A stretch of DNA of 64,000 bases from a bacterium (GTDB lineage Bacteria; Patescibacteriota; Minisyncoccia; UBA6257; MFKM01), in contig JAUYAV010000011.1 in the NCBI GenBank assembly GCA_030693325.1, forward strand, positions 109,603 through 173,602, read 5' to 3'. Position 1 is the stretch's first letter. Each line of letters starts with the position of its first letter. This document shows positions 1 through 10,090 of this stretch, piece by piece. The notes beneath the pieces were generated by a model. That model was given only the letters and a program-made list of their open reading frames with translations. It did no database searches and had not been told where the DNA came from. Made by a program: the position numbers and the translations under genes.

Positions 1-920
1 AAGATAGCGCTTTTTATTTTCTCCTTGTTGTCCGGGTCAACTAAAATCCCCAATTTACCATTAAGAAGGGCGTCGCGCGAGCCGTCTTTGTTACCCGCGA
101 TAACAGGCGTACCGCAAGCCATGGCCTCTAAAAACACTATACCAAAACCCTCCTTTTTAGAAAGCATAGCAAAAACATCGGCTAAGTTGTAATAGTCAGC
201 CAACTCATCATCCGGTACGTATCCCGTCAATACAACATCCTTCTCAACTCCTACTTTTTTGATAAGTTTTTCAATTCTTTCTATATCGTCCCCTCCGCCG
301 ACTAAAAAGTATTTAATATTGCAATCTTCCTCTTTTATCTCCGGAAGTATTTCAATAATCTTATCATAACCTTTGCGCTGTTCAGTGGAATCCAACCTAG
401 CCACGGTTAAAATTATTTTACTATTGTTGCTCAAACCATATTTTCTAATTAAATCTTGGGGTCGTCTTGCAATAAAAAATTTATCTTCATCAAATGTGGG
501 TGATAAAAAGTATAATTTATTTTCAATATTCGGCAGGGTTGCTTTTAAAAATCCCGCCGTAAAATCAGATATAGTCACGACTACGTCCGCGCCGTTCAGC
601 CCCCTGATTGCAACCCGGTTTTTTAAATCCCAAACTTCTATGCCGTATGTAAAAACAATATATTTCAAACTAAAAAGATTGTTTAAAAGTATGCACAAGG
701 GGGCAAAATTAATGTGAGTGCAGAAAATAACATCCGGTTTTTTAAAAACAGCAGCGAAAATACTTTTCAAAACAAAAATTGGCTTACCTAAAAAATGGGA
801 CGGTCTTTCAACTAAAAAAACTTTGGCGTTATTGTTTTTTAAGGCCATTAGAAGGTCTTTATTATACCGCTGGATACCGCCGGTTTTGCTAAGGTCTGAA
901 GATAAAAATAGTATTTTCAT
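1..920 (-). CDS. Glycosyltransferase family 4 (GT1 group); start codon at 920, C-terminus runs off the window start
   Basis: Reverse-strand translation reads MKILFLSSDLSKTGGIQRYNKDL...EGFGIVFLEAMACGTPVIAGNKDGSRDALLNGKLGILVDP (EX7E-type GT4 C-terminal motif). It is not in the ORF track because it is cut by the window edge; the + strand ORFs 373..717 and 718..939 are its antisense. Confidence 0.7.
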   Translation of the reverse strand, partial: MKILFLSSDLSKTGGIQRYNKDLLMALKNNNAKVFLVERPSHFLGKPIFVLKSIFAAVFKKPDVIFCTHINFAPLCILLNNLFSLKYIVFTYGIEVWDLKNRVAIRGLNGADVVVTISDFTAGFLKATLPNIENKLYFLSPTFDEDKFFIARRPQDLIRKYGLSNNSKIILTVARLDSTEQRKGYDKIIEILPEIKEEDCNIKYFLVGGGDDIERIEKLIKKVGVEKDVVLTGYVPDDELADYYNLADVFAMLSKKEGFGIVFLEAMACGTPVIAGNKDGSRDALLNGKLGILVDPDNKEKIKSAI

Positions 921-944
921 ACTTGACGCAGTTCTTTAAGATAC

Positions 945-1754
945 CTATCGACGATGAGAATTCATCCGCAACTTCTCATTAGCCTCATCCACTTCTTTAA
1001 GCAAAGACAAATTAACCCGAAGTTTTTCGGCAAGCTGAACAAAGGACTTGGTGTCCTTGATAAGACAGCCGCCGCTATAGCCCCGATAACCGTCGGTAAA
1101 AATATTAAAATGGCTTGAGCCGATTCTCGGGTCCCAGCCGACGCATTCTTTTATCACTTCAAAATCTATTCCGCCGAGTTTCTGGCATAAATCATAAATT
1201 TGGTTGGCGAAAATAACCCGGGCAGCCAAAAAAGTGTTGGAAAAATATTTGATCATTTCCGTTTCCCGGGCCTTGATGATTTTCGAATGCGGCGCCTGAG
1301 GAAGAATTTTTAAAATTTTCGGCGCCAATCGCCTGCTTTTTAAGTTAGTGTAGCCGACGAGCTGTTTTTCAGGTTTCAAAAAATCCTTGATGGCGGTTTT
1401 AGCTCTTAAAAATTCGGGATTATGCAAAAGAATTTTCCGGGGATGCTGTTTTTGAAATTTATCGGTTGAGCCGGGGAGAATCGTTGATTTTAAAACCACG
1501 ATTTTTTTATCCCGGATATTTTCAAGAGCCTTCCCGACTTCGGAATCGTCATAGCCCCGGCCGTTGTCATAAAAAGGCGTCGGCACCGCCACAAAAATAA
1601 TTTCGGCCCGGTTGATTTCGTTTTCCGACCCGATATTTTTATATTTATCGTAAGAAAAAACCTCATATTTTCCGGGTTGTTTTTCAAACCAATGCCGCAA
1701 CGCGCCGCCGACATAACCCAAACCAATAATACCAACTTTTGTTTTTTTTGCCAT
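945..1754 (-). CDS. Nucleotide-sugar dehydrogenase family protein (UDP-glucose/GDP-mannose dehydrogenase-like, short form)
   Basis: N-terminal Rossmann motif GIIGLGYVGG and a central GGxCLxKD catalytic-Cys motif (GYSGGCLIKD). At 269 aa it is shorter than canonical UDPGDH. Confidence 0.6.
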   Translation of the reverse strand: MAKKTKVGIIGLGYVGGALRHWFEKQPGKYEVFSYDKYKNIGSENEINRAEIIFVAVPTPFYDNGRGYDDSEVGKALENIRDKKIVVLKSTILPGSTDKFQKQHPRKILLHNPEFLRAKTAIKDFLKPEKQLVGYTNLKSRRLAPKILKILPQAPHSKIIKARETEMIKYFSNTFLAARVIFANQIYDLCQKLGGIDFEVIKECVGWDPRIGSSHFNIFTDGYRGYSGGCLIKDTKSFVQLAEKLRVNLSLLKEVDEANEKLRMNSHRR

Positions 1755-1766
1755 TTTTATAATTAA

Positions 1767-2390
1767 TTATAACGACTGGATAATTGTTTTAATTTTTTCA
1801 TTGTCCGGCCAATATTTAAGAATAATTTCTCCTATTTCTTTTGTTTTTTCTTTATCCCCCGCCATTTGATAAATATTAAAAAGTCCTTCAAGGAAAATAA
1901 AACGATTGGAACTATTTTCTAAACCCAATTTTAGCATATCAACGCTTTTTTGAAGATAAACATTACTGTTTAATTTCTGGGCGGCTAATTCGTAAAGTCG
2001 GGCAAAGGCATAGAGATTCTGGCTATAGCCGAATCCTTTGCCTGCTTTAAGAATCGGCTCCATTGTATTTTCGGCCTGCTTGGTTAAAATTTCAATTATA
2101 TTTTTATCGGTCTGCTGGCTTATTACATTAGCCAGAATATTTAAATATTGAGAAGAAATCTCATCTTGGCCGATGGGTGAATAAAAATTTAAAGCCGACG
2201 CGAAAGCCGTATCAAAATCCTGGATGGAGCGAATTTTTCCCGATTGAAGGTCAGACATAGCTTTGATAAAAAGCTGGCTTTTTCTCAAGGGCAAATAAGA
2301 GCCAAAGTACATTACTGTGACGATCAGTAAAGATAATGTTGTTGCTATTATGAGTTTGTATGATTTAAACATAAATGTAATAATTTTCAA
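1767..2390 (-). CDS. Hypothetical membrane-anchored protein with helical repeats (TPR-like)
   Basis: N-terminal TM segment followed by an alpha-helical repeat region; no recognised catalytic motif. Confidence 0.4.
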   Translation of the reverse strand: MKIITFMFKSYKLIIATTLSLLIVTVMYFGSYLPLRKSQLFIKAMSDLQSGKIRSIQDFDTAFASALNFYSPIGQDEISSQYLNILANVISQQTDKNIIEILTKQAENTMEPILKAGKGFGYSQNLYAFARLYELAAQKLNSNVYLQKSVDMLKLGLENSSNRFIFLEGLFNIYQMAGDKEKTKEIGEIILKYWPDNEKIKTIIQSL

Positions 2391-2411
2391 TTTTGAATGA
2401 ATGCCTTAATT

Positions 2412-3734
2412 TTAAAATTTATTATTAAATTTGTAATTTGCAAAGGCCAAAAACAGGAAAAGATTAATGTAAATCGGCAAAACTTCAAAGAGAACAACGC
2501 CTTGAACCAAATAAGCTATAGGGAGAGCAAATATCAGCGCGGACTGATACGGACTTAACGCTGATTTGCGCATCTTTTTTAAAAATTGCCAATAGAAAAC
2601 AATAAAAATTGAAAGATAACTTAACAGCCCCAAAATGCCGGTTGTTGTCAAATAATCGAAAAAAATGTTGTGAGCGCGGTCGAACCAAACCGTAAATTGC
2701 GGCAGATGATATTTTTCAATAGCCGGACTGAAATTCTCCGGCCCCCAGCCGAGAATCGGCCTTTCTTCAAAAATTTTAATTGATTGTTTCCAGAGAAAAA
2801 ATCGCGTTTGTAAATTTTCGGTGCTTAAATTGATATCCAAAATTCTATTTCCACCCTGGCCTTCATTTTTACAAAAAGGCATTAGATCTATGGAACTGCG
2901 ATATTTGAATCCTAGCCATCCAAAAATTATCAAAACAATAATTACAAACAAAATTATTTTCCGGACGCGGCCGGATGGCAGACGGAAAAAGAGATAAGAC
3001 AAACCGGCTAAAACACCGGCGGCCAATCCCAAAAATGCTCCCCGGGTTCCGGAAAAAATCAGAATTATCAAAAATAAAACCATTAAACTCCCCCAAAGCC
3101 ATTTTTTCAAAGACGCAAACTTATGCGGACCGGACGCGGACTGGCGCAGGCCATTAATAAGCAGATAGCCGGCGTAGAACAAAGCGAAAATCATAAAAGT
3201 GCCGATGTAAGCCGAATTTCCCAAAGAACCGGCGAACCGCTCACAAATACCAGGACCTATAAAACCAGATATTTTCAAAGCGGCGGCGAATCCATAGGCA
3301 ATTACCAAAACCGCCACCAACGCCGAAACAATAAACATTCTCCGCCAGGCCTTTTCATCTCTAAAGAGTAAACCTAATAAAACGAAGAAAATAAAAAGAT
3401 GCAGCATCTGCAATCCGCCTTCTCCACGCTCAAAATTGGACCAGAAAGAAGCGGAAGGATCATAACCTAAAAATCCCGCCAGCAAAAATATCAAAGTAAA
3501 AACCGAAACCGCGATTACCAAGGGGGTTAAAATTTTTAATTTTAACTTTGAAAATTGAAATTCTCCCCTCACCCAAGCCCAAAGAAAAAATATCAGGGCT
3601 AATTCCACCACTACCCGGAAAAAGACATATTTGCCGACAATAAAAGGAAATAGAGTGCTTCGGGAAACAATCAAAACAGTAAAAGGCACCAAATAAAGGA
3701 AAAATTTTGAAAGTTTTGAAAATAAATTAATCAT
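2412..3734 (-). CDS. O-antigen ligase/polymerase-like polytopic membrane protein (Wzy_C-like)
   Basis: About 10 predicted TM helices with a large periplasmic loop; sits in a glycan locus. Confidence 0.5.
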   Translation of the reverse strand: MINLFSKLSKFFLYLVPFTVLIVSRSTLFPFIVGKYVFFRVVVELALIFFLWAWVRGEFQFSKLKLKILTPLVIAVSVFTLIFLLAGFLGYDPSASFWSNFERGEGGLQMLHLFIFFVLLGLLFRDEKAWRRMFIVSALVAVLVIAYGFAAALKISGFIGPGICERFAGSLGNSAYIGTFMIFALFYAGYLLINGLRQSASGPHKFASLKKWLWGSLMVLFLIILIFSGTRGAFLGLAAGVLAGLSYLFFRLPSGRVRKIILFVIIVLIIFGWLGFKYRSSIDLMPFCKNEGQGGNRILDINLSTENLQTRFFLWKQSIKIFEERPILGWGPENFSPAIEKYHLPQFTVWFDRAHNIFFDYLTTTGILGLLSYLSIFIVFYWQFLKKMRKSALSPYQSALIFALPIAYLVQGVVLFEVLPIYINLFLFLAFANYKFNNKF

Positions 3735-3741
3735 ATAACCA

Positions 3742-6066
3742 TCACAAGCCTAAATCTTCAATAATCGGCTTAACTGTTTCAAAAGACGGCGATTTTTTAA
3801 ATTCCGGCAAAGCGTCTAAGATCTGTTTTAGACGAAAGCGAGCATTACCTCGGTCGCCGGAATAAAAATAAACCATTCCCAGCTTAAGCTGCGAATCCAA
3901 ATCATCTTGATTATAGCTTATGGCGGTCAGATACATATAAATAGCTTTTTCGTAATCACCGGCGTCTCCATAATAATTACCAAGCACTCTCGCTTCTCCG
4001 TTGTTTTGCGGTCCGCGTCCCAATTTTTTGGCTCGTTCTATTTCGGCGAAGCCAAGTTCTCTTTCGCCGGCTTCAAGTAAAGTAAACCCGTAGTAAAAAT
4101 GCGGGTCAGCCGCTTCCGGGTCCAGCTCCACCGCTTTTTTCATCAATTCAACCGCCGCAGATTTTTCGCCTTCGATGACTTTAATTTTCGCCAAAGTGTA
4201 ATAAATTTCCTGCCGTTGAGGGCTCAATTTCAAGGATTGCGCGCCTTGCTCTTCCCCTGCTTTCAAATAAGCGGAATTGAAAACATAAAAGACTGAACTT
4301 AAATTGGCAAAAGTCAAACGCAAAGCACCATCATTCGGCTGGCTATTAATCGCTAAAGCCAATTCCGACATCGCTTTGGCGGAAACCTTTTCAATTTCGG
4401 GAATAAATATTCCTTGGGAATAAATATCGGAAACTGCTGAAGCAAAATCTTTTCTGATGTCATTGGTATACGGATTAGGGGTGGACAAAGACTGGGCGTA
4501 AGCAACAAGAGCCGAAGCAGACATACGGTTCAGAAAATAGTTTAATCCCCAGTATTGGCGATTATTGGCGTAAAGCGATTTGTAATTTACAAAATAAATG
4601 GGGATAAACGACACCAAAACCAACAAAACGATAACAATTGCTTTGATATAAGAATTCGGCAAATTTTGTTTTTTTTCTATTTTATTTTCGTTTGCGTCAT
4701 CTTTGTGTTTATAATTCCCATCTATAAAAGCCAGTAAAATAAAAAACATCAGATAAGAACCAAAGGTGTCAAAAAGAAAAAAATTCTGCGCTAAATAAGC
4801 TATCAACATCGCCATTAAAAATGGCGATGCGCTGATTAATGCCGATTCTGGCTGATTGATGCTGATATTTTTATCCGCATAAATCAGCTTTTTATCAGCA
4901 CCTATCAGCTTTTTAAACGCAACAATAAAAATTCCCAAGTAAGCCATAAAACCAAGAATACCGGTATTAATCAGATATTCCAAAAAAACATTATGGGGTT
5001 TGTCCCAATAAGTCCCGCTAAAATCAAACCTCAAAAGGCGGGGGTCATAATGGCGGTCAAATGGATACTTAAAATTCTCAAAACCGAATCCCAAAATTGG
5101 CCGCTCCAAAAACGATTGCCACCCTATTTTTAGGGCAATAAAACGCGGTTCCGTTTCTGCGGGCCGGCTCAAAGCGAAAAACTCGGTAGCCCGCCTTAAA
5201 CTGGGAATTTTTTCCCAGAAATGAGCGGTTCGGGTAAACCAAAAAACGCCGATGCAAACAATGATAATTACCAAAAAAAACGCTGATAATTTCCGAATAC
5301 TTAATTTGGAAAAAACCGGAATATCCGCGAAATTTTGCCGGCGGGAAACCGAAAAATAAATAAGCAAAAAAATAATTCCTATCATAACGCCCAGAAGCGC
5401 CGCTCTTGTTTCCGTTAGAAATATCGCCCAAACATTCAGCATGGTCAAAATCCCAATTAAAATTGGCATAATTTTATTGGCGCCTTTCCGCAAAAATTCA
5501 AAAAACAGCCAAAGGCCGATAAAAATATGGAAAAAAATGTAAGAAGCCGTGAAAGAAGAGTTGCCAAAAAAAACGCCGGGCCGGATATTGGAAGTTATAA
5601 ATAAATTGCCGTCTATTAATTTCAACCCAACGCCGATAGTGGTAAGGGCAATTATGGAACTTACTATAAAAGAAAAACCAAGATATTTTTTCCAATTAAT
5701 TTCCCGCCATAAACCGGAGAGAACGATAAACAGCGCTCCAAAATGAAAAAGCGCTATTAGCCCTAAAGCCCGGGCTTGAACCGACCATAAGCTCCGATGC
5801 CAATCAAGGCCAAAGATTGAGGAAATAATTAAAAGAATGAAAAACAAACCAAGGATTATTTTTAAGGGCGTGAATCGCGGCCGGTATTCTTTGTGAAAAA
5901 TAATCAAACCAAGCCACAAAGCGAAAATGATTTCCATCAGGGAGAAAAAAACAAAAACCTTGAGCGTATTAAAAGGGTACATCAAGCTCCGGCTAAAAAT
6001 TAAAGGGATAAAAAGAACGGCATAAAGCAAAAACTTAATAACCTTAATCAAAATTTCTTTTTTCAT
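3742..6066 (-). CDS. O-antigen ligase-like membrane protein with C-terminal TPR repeat domain
   Basis: Polytopic N-terminal half like the neighbouring gene; the C-terminal about 250 aa are TPR-like (AYMYLTAISYNQDDLDSQLKLGMVYFYSGD...). Confidence 0.5.
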   Translation of the reverse strand: MKKEILIKVIKFLLYAVLFIPLIFSRSLMYPFNTLKVFVFFSLMEIIFALWLGLIIFHKEYRPRFTPLKIILGLFFILLIISSIFGLDWHRSLWSVQARALGLIALFHFGALFIVLSGLWREINWKKYLGFSFIVSSIIALTTIGVGLKLIDGNLFITSNIRPGVFFGNSSFTASYIFFHIFIGLWLFFEFLRKGANKIMPILIGILTMLNVWAIFLTETRAALLGVMIGIIFLLIYFSVSRRQNFADIPVFSKLSIRKLSAFFLVIIIVCIGVFWFTRTAHFWEKIPSLRRATEFFALSRPAETEPRFIALKIGWQSFLERPILGFGFENFKYPFDRHYDPRLLRFDFSGTYWDKPHNVFLEYLINTGILGFMAYLGIFIVAFKKLIGADKKLIYADKNISINQPESALISASPFLMAMLIAYLAQNFFLFDTFGSYLMFFILLAFIDGNYKHKDDANENKIEKKQNLPNSYIKAIVIVLLVLVSFIPIYFVNYKSLYANNRQYWGLNYFLNRMSASALVAYAQSLSTPNPYTNDIRKDFASAVSDIYSQGIFIPEIEKVSAKAMSELALAINSQPNDGALRLTFANLSSVFYVFNSAYLKAGEEQGAQSLKLSPQRQEIYYTLAKIKVIEGEKSAAVELMKKAVELDPEAADPHFYYGFTLLEAGERELGFAEIERAKKLGRGPQNNGEARVLGNYYGDAGDYEKAIYMYLTAISYNQDDLDSQLKLGMVYFYSGDRGNARFRLKQILDALPEFKKSPSFETVKPIIEDLGL

Positions 6067-6087
6067 TAAAATTAATTATATCACAGG

Positions 6088-6123
6088 AAAACCAAAAGCC
6101 GCCTTTCGGCGGCTTTTGGTTCC
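6088..6123 (-). terminator. Rho-independent terminator (bidirectional hairpin) after the giant surface-protein gene
   Basis: aaccaaaagccgcctttcggcggcttttggtt: perfect GC-rich stem with flanking A/T runs. Confidence 0.6.
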
Positions 6124-6145
6124 TAAATCCGTCTCAAGGGTCGGA

Positions 6146-9100
6146 TTAGTATTGCGCGTCAGCAATAGTGAACGGAACAACGCTGGCTTCTATAGGAAGA
6201 CTGCCATTTATTCCATCATTCCATGTGACATCGGTGGCACCATTAATGGTTACTGACAGTGATTCACTCATACTGGCAACGTCATAGAAAGCGGAAGAAT
6301 CAACTCTCAATATAGTAGCCTGAGTAGCTCCTTTGGAAATAGTGAACGTAGGCGCAAAGGTAACATCGCAAGTGTTGCCGGCAGCCGGAGTACAGGTTTG
6401 CTGTGTGGCGCCGCCAAACGCTGTGGTGTCGCTCTTTAACAAGTCAACCTTGAATGCGGTTGAACCGCTGGAAACAGCAACGCCGGTAAATTTAACGGTA
6501 ACCGTTCCCAATATCACTGAACCGGCCGAATTGGCTGTCCAGTTTATGGTTGCCAAATTGTCAGTTGCTGTCCTGGTGCGGCCTGATGTCGCGCCAATTA
6601 AAGTGGAAGTAAAGGCCAATTTGGTTTTATACACCGTGATAGCGGTATCGCTGGCGGCCGAACCACTGATAGTGGCCGCGGTGTTAGAGTCGCTGCCAAT
6701 ACCGGTAATATCGGTTGAAGTAGCGTTAATTTTCCAGGTGTGAGTTGTGACAGATTTCGAACCTCCGGAATCATAGCTCGCCACATCGCCCTTAAGAGTT
6801 AAGGTAACAGTATCGTTCTTGGCAACAACCAACGGAGCGGCCAAACTGAAGAGCACCGTGGAAGTTGTCGTACCGACAACAGTCGCTCCCATCGGGCCGG
6901 CCAATAAAGTCGTACCGTTGTATAACTTCAGATTTTCAAATGAAGCTAATCCCGCGGTGTTTCCGGTAATGGTGTCGTAGAATTTGATGGCCGAAACCTT
7001 CATATCTTCGTAAGCATTACCAGCCAAGCTGATGGCGAACAAATCATTGTTGGTTTGCGACATTACCACCTGTTTTGCCGATGGCGTGGTTGAATCAAGC
7101 GCTAAAGTCAAAGTAGCGCCGGAAGCAATAGTTACATCCGGACCGGCAACTCCACCGGTTGGAGAAAAAGTAATGGCGCTGTTGGAAACCAAACCCGTGG
7201 CTGTCCAAGCAGTCAAGTCAATAGCAGTAGCTTCGGTTTCAGCAGTGGCAAGAAGGTCGGTATAAACATCAACTATTACCGAACCTCCGGCCGCAACCGT
7301 AATCGGGATAGCGCCTGAAAATTGCATCGCCGTTTCCGCGGCAGTCTTGCTGACTGTCGCCTTGGTCACGCCGAATTGAACGCCTCCAACCATTACTTTC
7401 AAGTTCTGGATGTGAAGGGTAAACGCGTCCTTGTCAAAAGTTAAGGTTGAAACTTTAGCGCCTTCAGCTGAAGAAGCGGTTAAAGTGAAAGAAGCGATTC
7501 TCTTGTTGTTGCCTCCAGCTACATAAGTCGGGGCGCCAAAAGCGGTGTTCAAAGCCGCTGTTAACGGTGAAGAAACAACCGTCAAAGTGCTACCGCTTCG
7601 TGAACCAGTGGTAGCAGTCGCGAAAGAGGTTTGACCCTCTAAGTTATTTGCATTACCAGGCAAAGAGCCGGTAAGTGAAGTAACGTCGGCAGAACTACCA
7701 ATATCAGCTTTAAGTGAAAGTATTCTGGTAGTGTTCGCTGGAACAATGTAATTGATTGCCGAAGCGCTGGTACCAAAGTGACACTTTATGGAAGTAGCCG
7801 CTAAGGTACATGTGCCGTTGGTGGTTCCGCCAGCAACTGTGCTGATGGTATTACCAACCTGATTGCCGGCATCGTCAATTATTTTGATGTTTTTAACATC
7901 ATCGGTGACATTACCGATGGTCTCCCAAGTGGCGCTACCAGCTTCGGTAATTGTCGCATCCAAAAATTTCACTTTTACAGCTTCACCCGCCGCATATACG
8001 GCGAATTTAGCCAAAGTGACATTAGAAGCGCCAATCGGAATACTTCCGGTTGGTGAGTCTGACGCCAAAGAAACTGTGATTGAGCCCGTACCAATGGTTA
8101 CTTGGGTTGAGTAGGTATCAGTAAAAGTGCCGGAGATTCCGGTGTTGTACTGGCTATCAACCAAATAAATATCATAGGGTCTCAAGACATACCAAGTCAT
8201 AGTCCGGCTTGGGCTGCCCATTACATCAACCGACACTCCCAAAGTGGAGTTACCGGTCGGTAACTTGACATCCGAGGAAGACAAGTCAAAAACAACTGTC
8301 CCATCGGAACCAACGCTGGCAACTGTTGAGCCAATCTGAGTACCGTTAAGGGTCAGTTTGGCATTCTTTAAATCACCCATACTGACTGAGCCAACAACGG
8401 TGTATTTGATTGTTTTAAGAGCAACCGCGCTGTTGTCGACAGTGACAGTGGCATTGCTAACATTGACGCCCATAGTACCGGCATCAACGGTCGCGCCCAC
8501 GGCCTGGTGATCAATAGTGACCGTCGCCAAAGAAGGATTAGTGACAGTAGTAACTGTCAAAGTGTTGGAGCTAACCGGCAAACCGCTGAAAGTAACGCCA
8601 GCCGCTGTGGCTGAAGTTAACTGCCAGGCGATATTGTTGCCCGCGCTCGCGCTTGTGGACAAATCCATTCTCAAAGCGATGGTGCGGGTAGCACCGGCGC
8701 TGATATCAAACAATTTAGTGGCTGAAAAAGTCGCCACTCCGCTTGACAGAGAATTGTATTGAGCGATAACCGCTCCGGTTTCATCCGCCAAGTAAAGGTT
8801 GTTGATATTGCTGTCGCTGGTTACACCAATTTTGGTGAGTTTTATTTCAGTAACAGTAGCAGCGCTTAAAGCTGAAAAAACAAATTTACCAACTACCATA
8901 TTCCCGGCTCCGGCAATAACGCTGCCAGTCGGGGAATCAGAAGCCAACGAAACGGATGTGTTCGTGACTGCTGGCGCGCCCGGAGTTGTCGGAGTGGTCG
9001 GGGTTGTTGGGGTTGTTGGAGTGGTTACAGCCACTGACGCAACATAAGCCCGAGTCTTGGGTCCAAAATATCCGGCTGGAGGAGTAATTCCTTTAGCCGC

Positions 9101-9460
9101 CTGATATTTCGCCAAAGCCGCCTGTGTCAATGAACCGAAATAAGTGGTTTCATTGCCAACTGAACCAGCTCCGGAAGCAGCTACCGCATATCCTGAAGCA
9201 TTCAAGAGCTGCTGCAAAGCCATAACATCATCGCCTTTTGAACCAAGGGTGAGGTCCTTAGTGAAAGTGTATGAAGTCGTTTGCGTGGTACCTTGAGCCG
9301 TAGCTAATTGAGTCTGTAATAACTGAATTGATGCCAATAAGGCATTGATCTGTGTTTGGAGTTCGCTAACGGTAGCTGCTCCTACCGGCATCATCAATGA
9401 ACCGGAAAGAAAAACAGCTGTCGTCAATGAAATCGCAATTGAACTAATTTTTCTACTCAT
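6146..9460 (-). CDS. Giant secreted/cell-surface protein: signal peptide, coiled coil, peptidoglycan-binding domain, (TPTTP)n linker, then about 900 aa of Thr/Ser/Ala/Val-rich Ig-like beta repeats
   Basis: N-terminus MSRKISSIAISLTTAVFLSGSLMMPVGAA is a signal peptide. LTLGSKGDDVMALQQLLNASGY...TQAALAKYQAAKGI matches PG_binding_1. TPTTPTTPTTPTTP linker. Internal repeats (SLASDSPTGSVIAGAGNMVVGKFVF vs SLASDSPTGSIPIGASNVTLAKFAV). Confidence 0.6.
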   Translation of the reverse strand: MSRKISSIAISLTTAVFLSGSLMMPVGAATVSELQTQINALLASIQLLQTQLATAQGTTQTTSYTFTKDLTLGSKGDDVMALQQLLNASGYAVAASGAGSVGNETTYFGSLTQAALAKYQAAKGITPPAGYFGPKTRAYVASVAVTTPTTPTTPTTPTTPGAPAVTNTSVSLASDSPTGSVIAGAGNMVVGKFVFSALSAATVTEIKLTKIGVTSDSNINNLYLADETGAVIAQYNSLSSGVATFSATKLFDISAGATRTIALRMDLSTSASAGNNIAWQLTSATAAGVTFSGLPVSSNTLTVTTVTNPSLATVTIDHQAVGATVDAGTMGVNVSNATVTVDNSAVALKTIKYTVVGSVSMGDLKNAKLTLNGTQIGSTVASVGSDGTVVFDLSSSDVKLPTGNSTLGVSVDVMGSPSRTMTWYVLRPYDIYLVDSQYNTGISGTFTDTYSTQVTIGTGSITVSLASDSPTGSIPIGASNVTLAKFAVYAAGEAVKVKFLDATITEAGSATWETIGNVTDDVKNIKIIDDAGNQVGNTISTVAGGTTNGTCTLAATSIKCHFGTSASAINYIVPANTTRILSLKADIGSSADVTSLTGSLPGNANNLEGQTSFATATTGSRSGSTLTVVSSPLTAALNTAFGAPTYVAGGNNKRIASFTLTASSAEGAKVSTLTFDKDAFTLHIQNLKVMVGGVQFGVTKATVSKTAAETAMQFSGAIPITVAAGGSVIVDVYTDLLATAETEATAIDLTAWTATGLVSNSAITFSPTGGVAGPDVTIASGATLTLALDSTTPSAKQVVMSQTNNDLFAISLAGNAYEDMKVSAIKFYDTITGNTAGLASFENLKLYNGTTLLAGPMGATVVGTTTSTVLFSLAAPLVVAKNDTVTLTLKGDVASYDSGGSKSVTTHTWKINATSTDITGIGSDSNTAATISGSAASDTAITVYKTKLAFTSTLIGATSGRTRTATDNLATINWTANSAGSVILGTVTVKFTGVAVSSGSTAFKVDLLKSDTTAFGGATQQTCTPAAGNTCDVTFAPTFTISKGATQATILRVDSSAFYDVASMSESLSVTINGATDVTWNDGINGSLPIEASVVPFTIADAQY

Positions 9461-9591
9461 TTTTAATTAATTTTTAAATCGACTTAGAATTATTAATTTT
9501 TAATTTTTGGAAGATTATCACTTTTATTCATCGACCCGCCGCTAAGCTTGTGAGGTTAGTTAGCGGAATAAATAGAAGAATAATCCTAGTA

Positions 9592-9852
9592 TCATTTTTT
9601 AAAACTCACTAATTGTCGAAAATCTGCTTGTAATTCTTTAAATTGATCTTCTAATCTTTCAATACGGTTTTTATACTCATGGAAAATAATTTCCTCTAAC
9701 TGATCAAATCTTTTATTCATTTCGTACTCTAATAAATCAAATTTTTTATCAACCTTGCTAAATTTTATATTCATCTCTTCAAATCCCGAGTTTACCATCT
9801 TAGCCAAATCATCAAGGGTGATATTTTTTTTTAATTTTATATTTTTTTTCAT
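9592..9852 (-). CDS. Hypothetical small coiled-coil protein (start probably MKKNIKLKK at 9852; the track ORF extends to 9954 through a repeat cluster)
   Basis: Charged, heptad-like sequence. The upstream 100 nt carry CATGA repeats and a hairpin plus T-run on the - strand just before this ATG. Confidence 0.35.
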   Translation of the reverse strand: MKKNIKLKKNITLDDLAKMVNSGFEEMNIKFSKVDKKFDLLEYEMNKRFDQLEEIIFHEYKNRIERLEDQFKELQADFRQLVSFKK

Positions 9853-10090
9853 TTTGTAAATAAAAAATCTCACTTTGAAAAGTGAGACTGATTTCGCTTC
9901 ATGAAACATTAAGCTTGAAACATGAAACATTAAAAAATACGCTTCATGATTCATGTTTTATGCTCCATGAAAATACCGTTCAGCCTCACTTCTGAACCTT
10001 TCTATTATACTACACGCCAAATATATATCAACTGAGCTACCACTAAACTTGAACATATCGTAATAGTGATAACTATTAAATAGAACGGAA

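Noticed and set aside
373-939. Two + strand ORFs (373..717, 718..939)
   Set aside because: They are antisense to a well-conserved GT4 glycosyltransferase reading frame on the minus strand. Their low-complexity Leu/Lys-rich sequence is typical of antisense artifacts.
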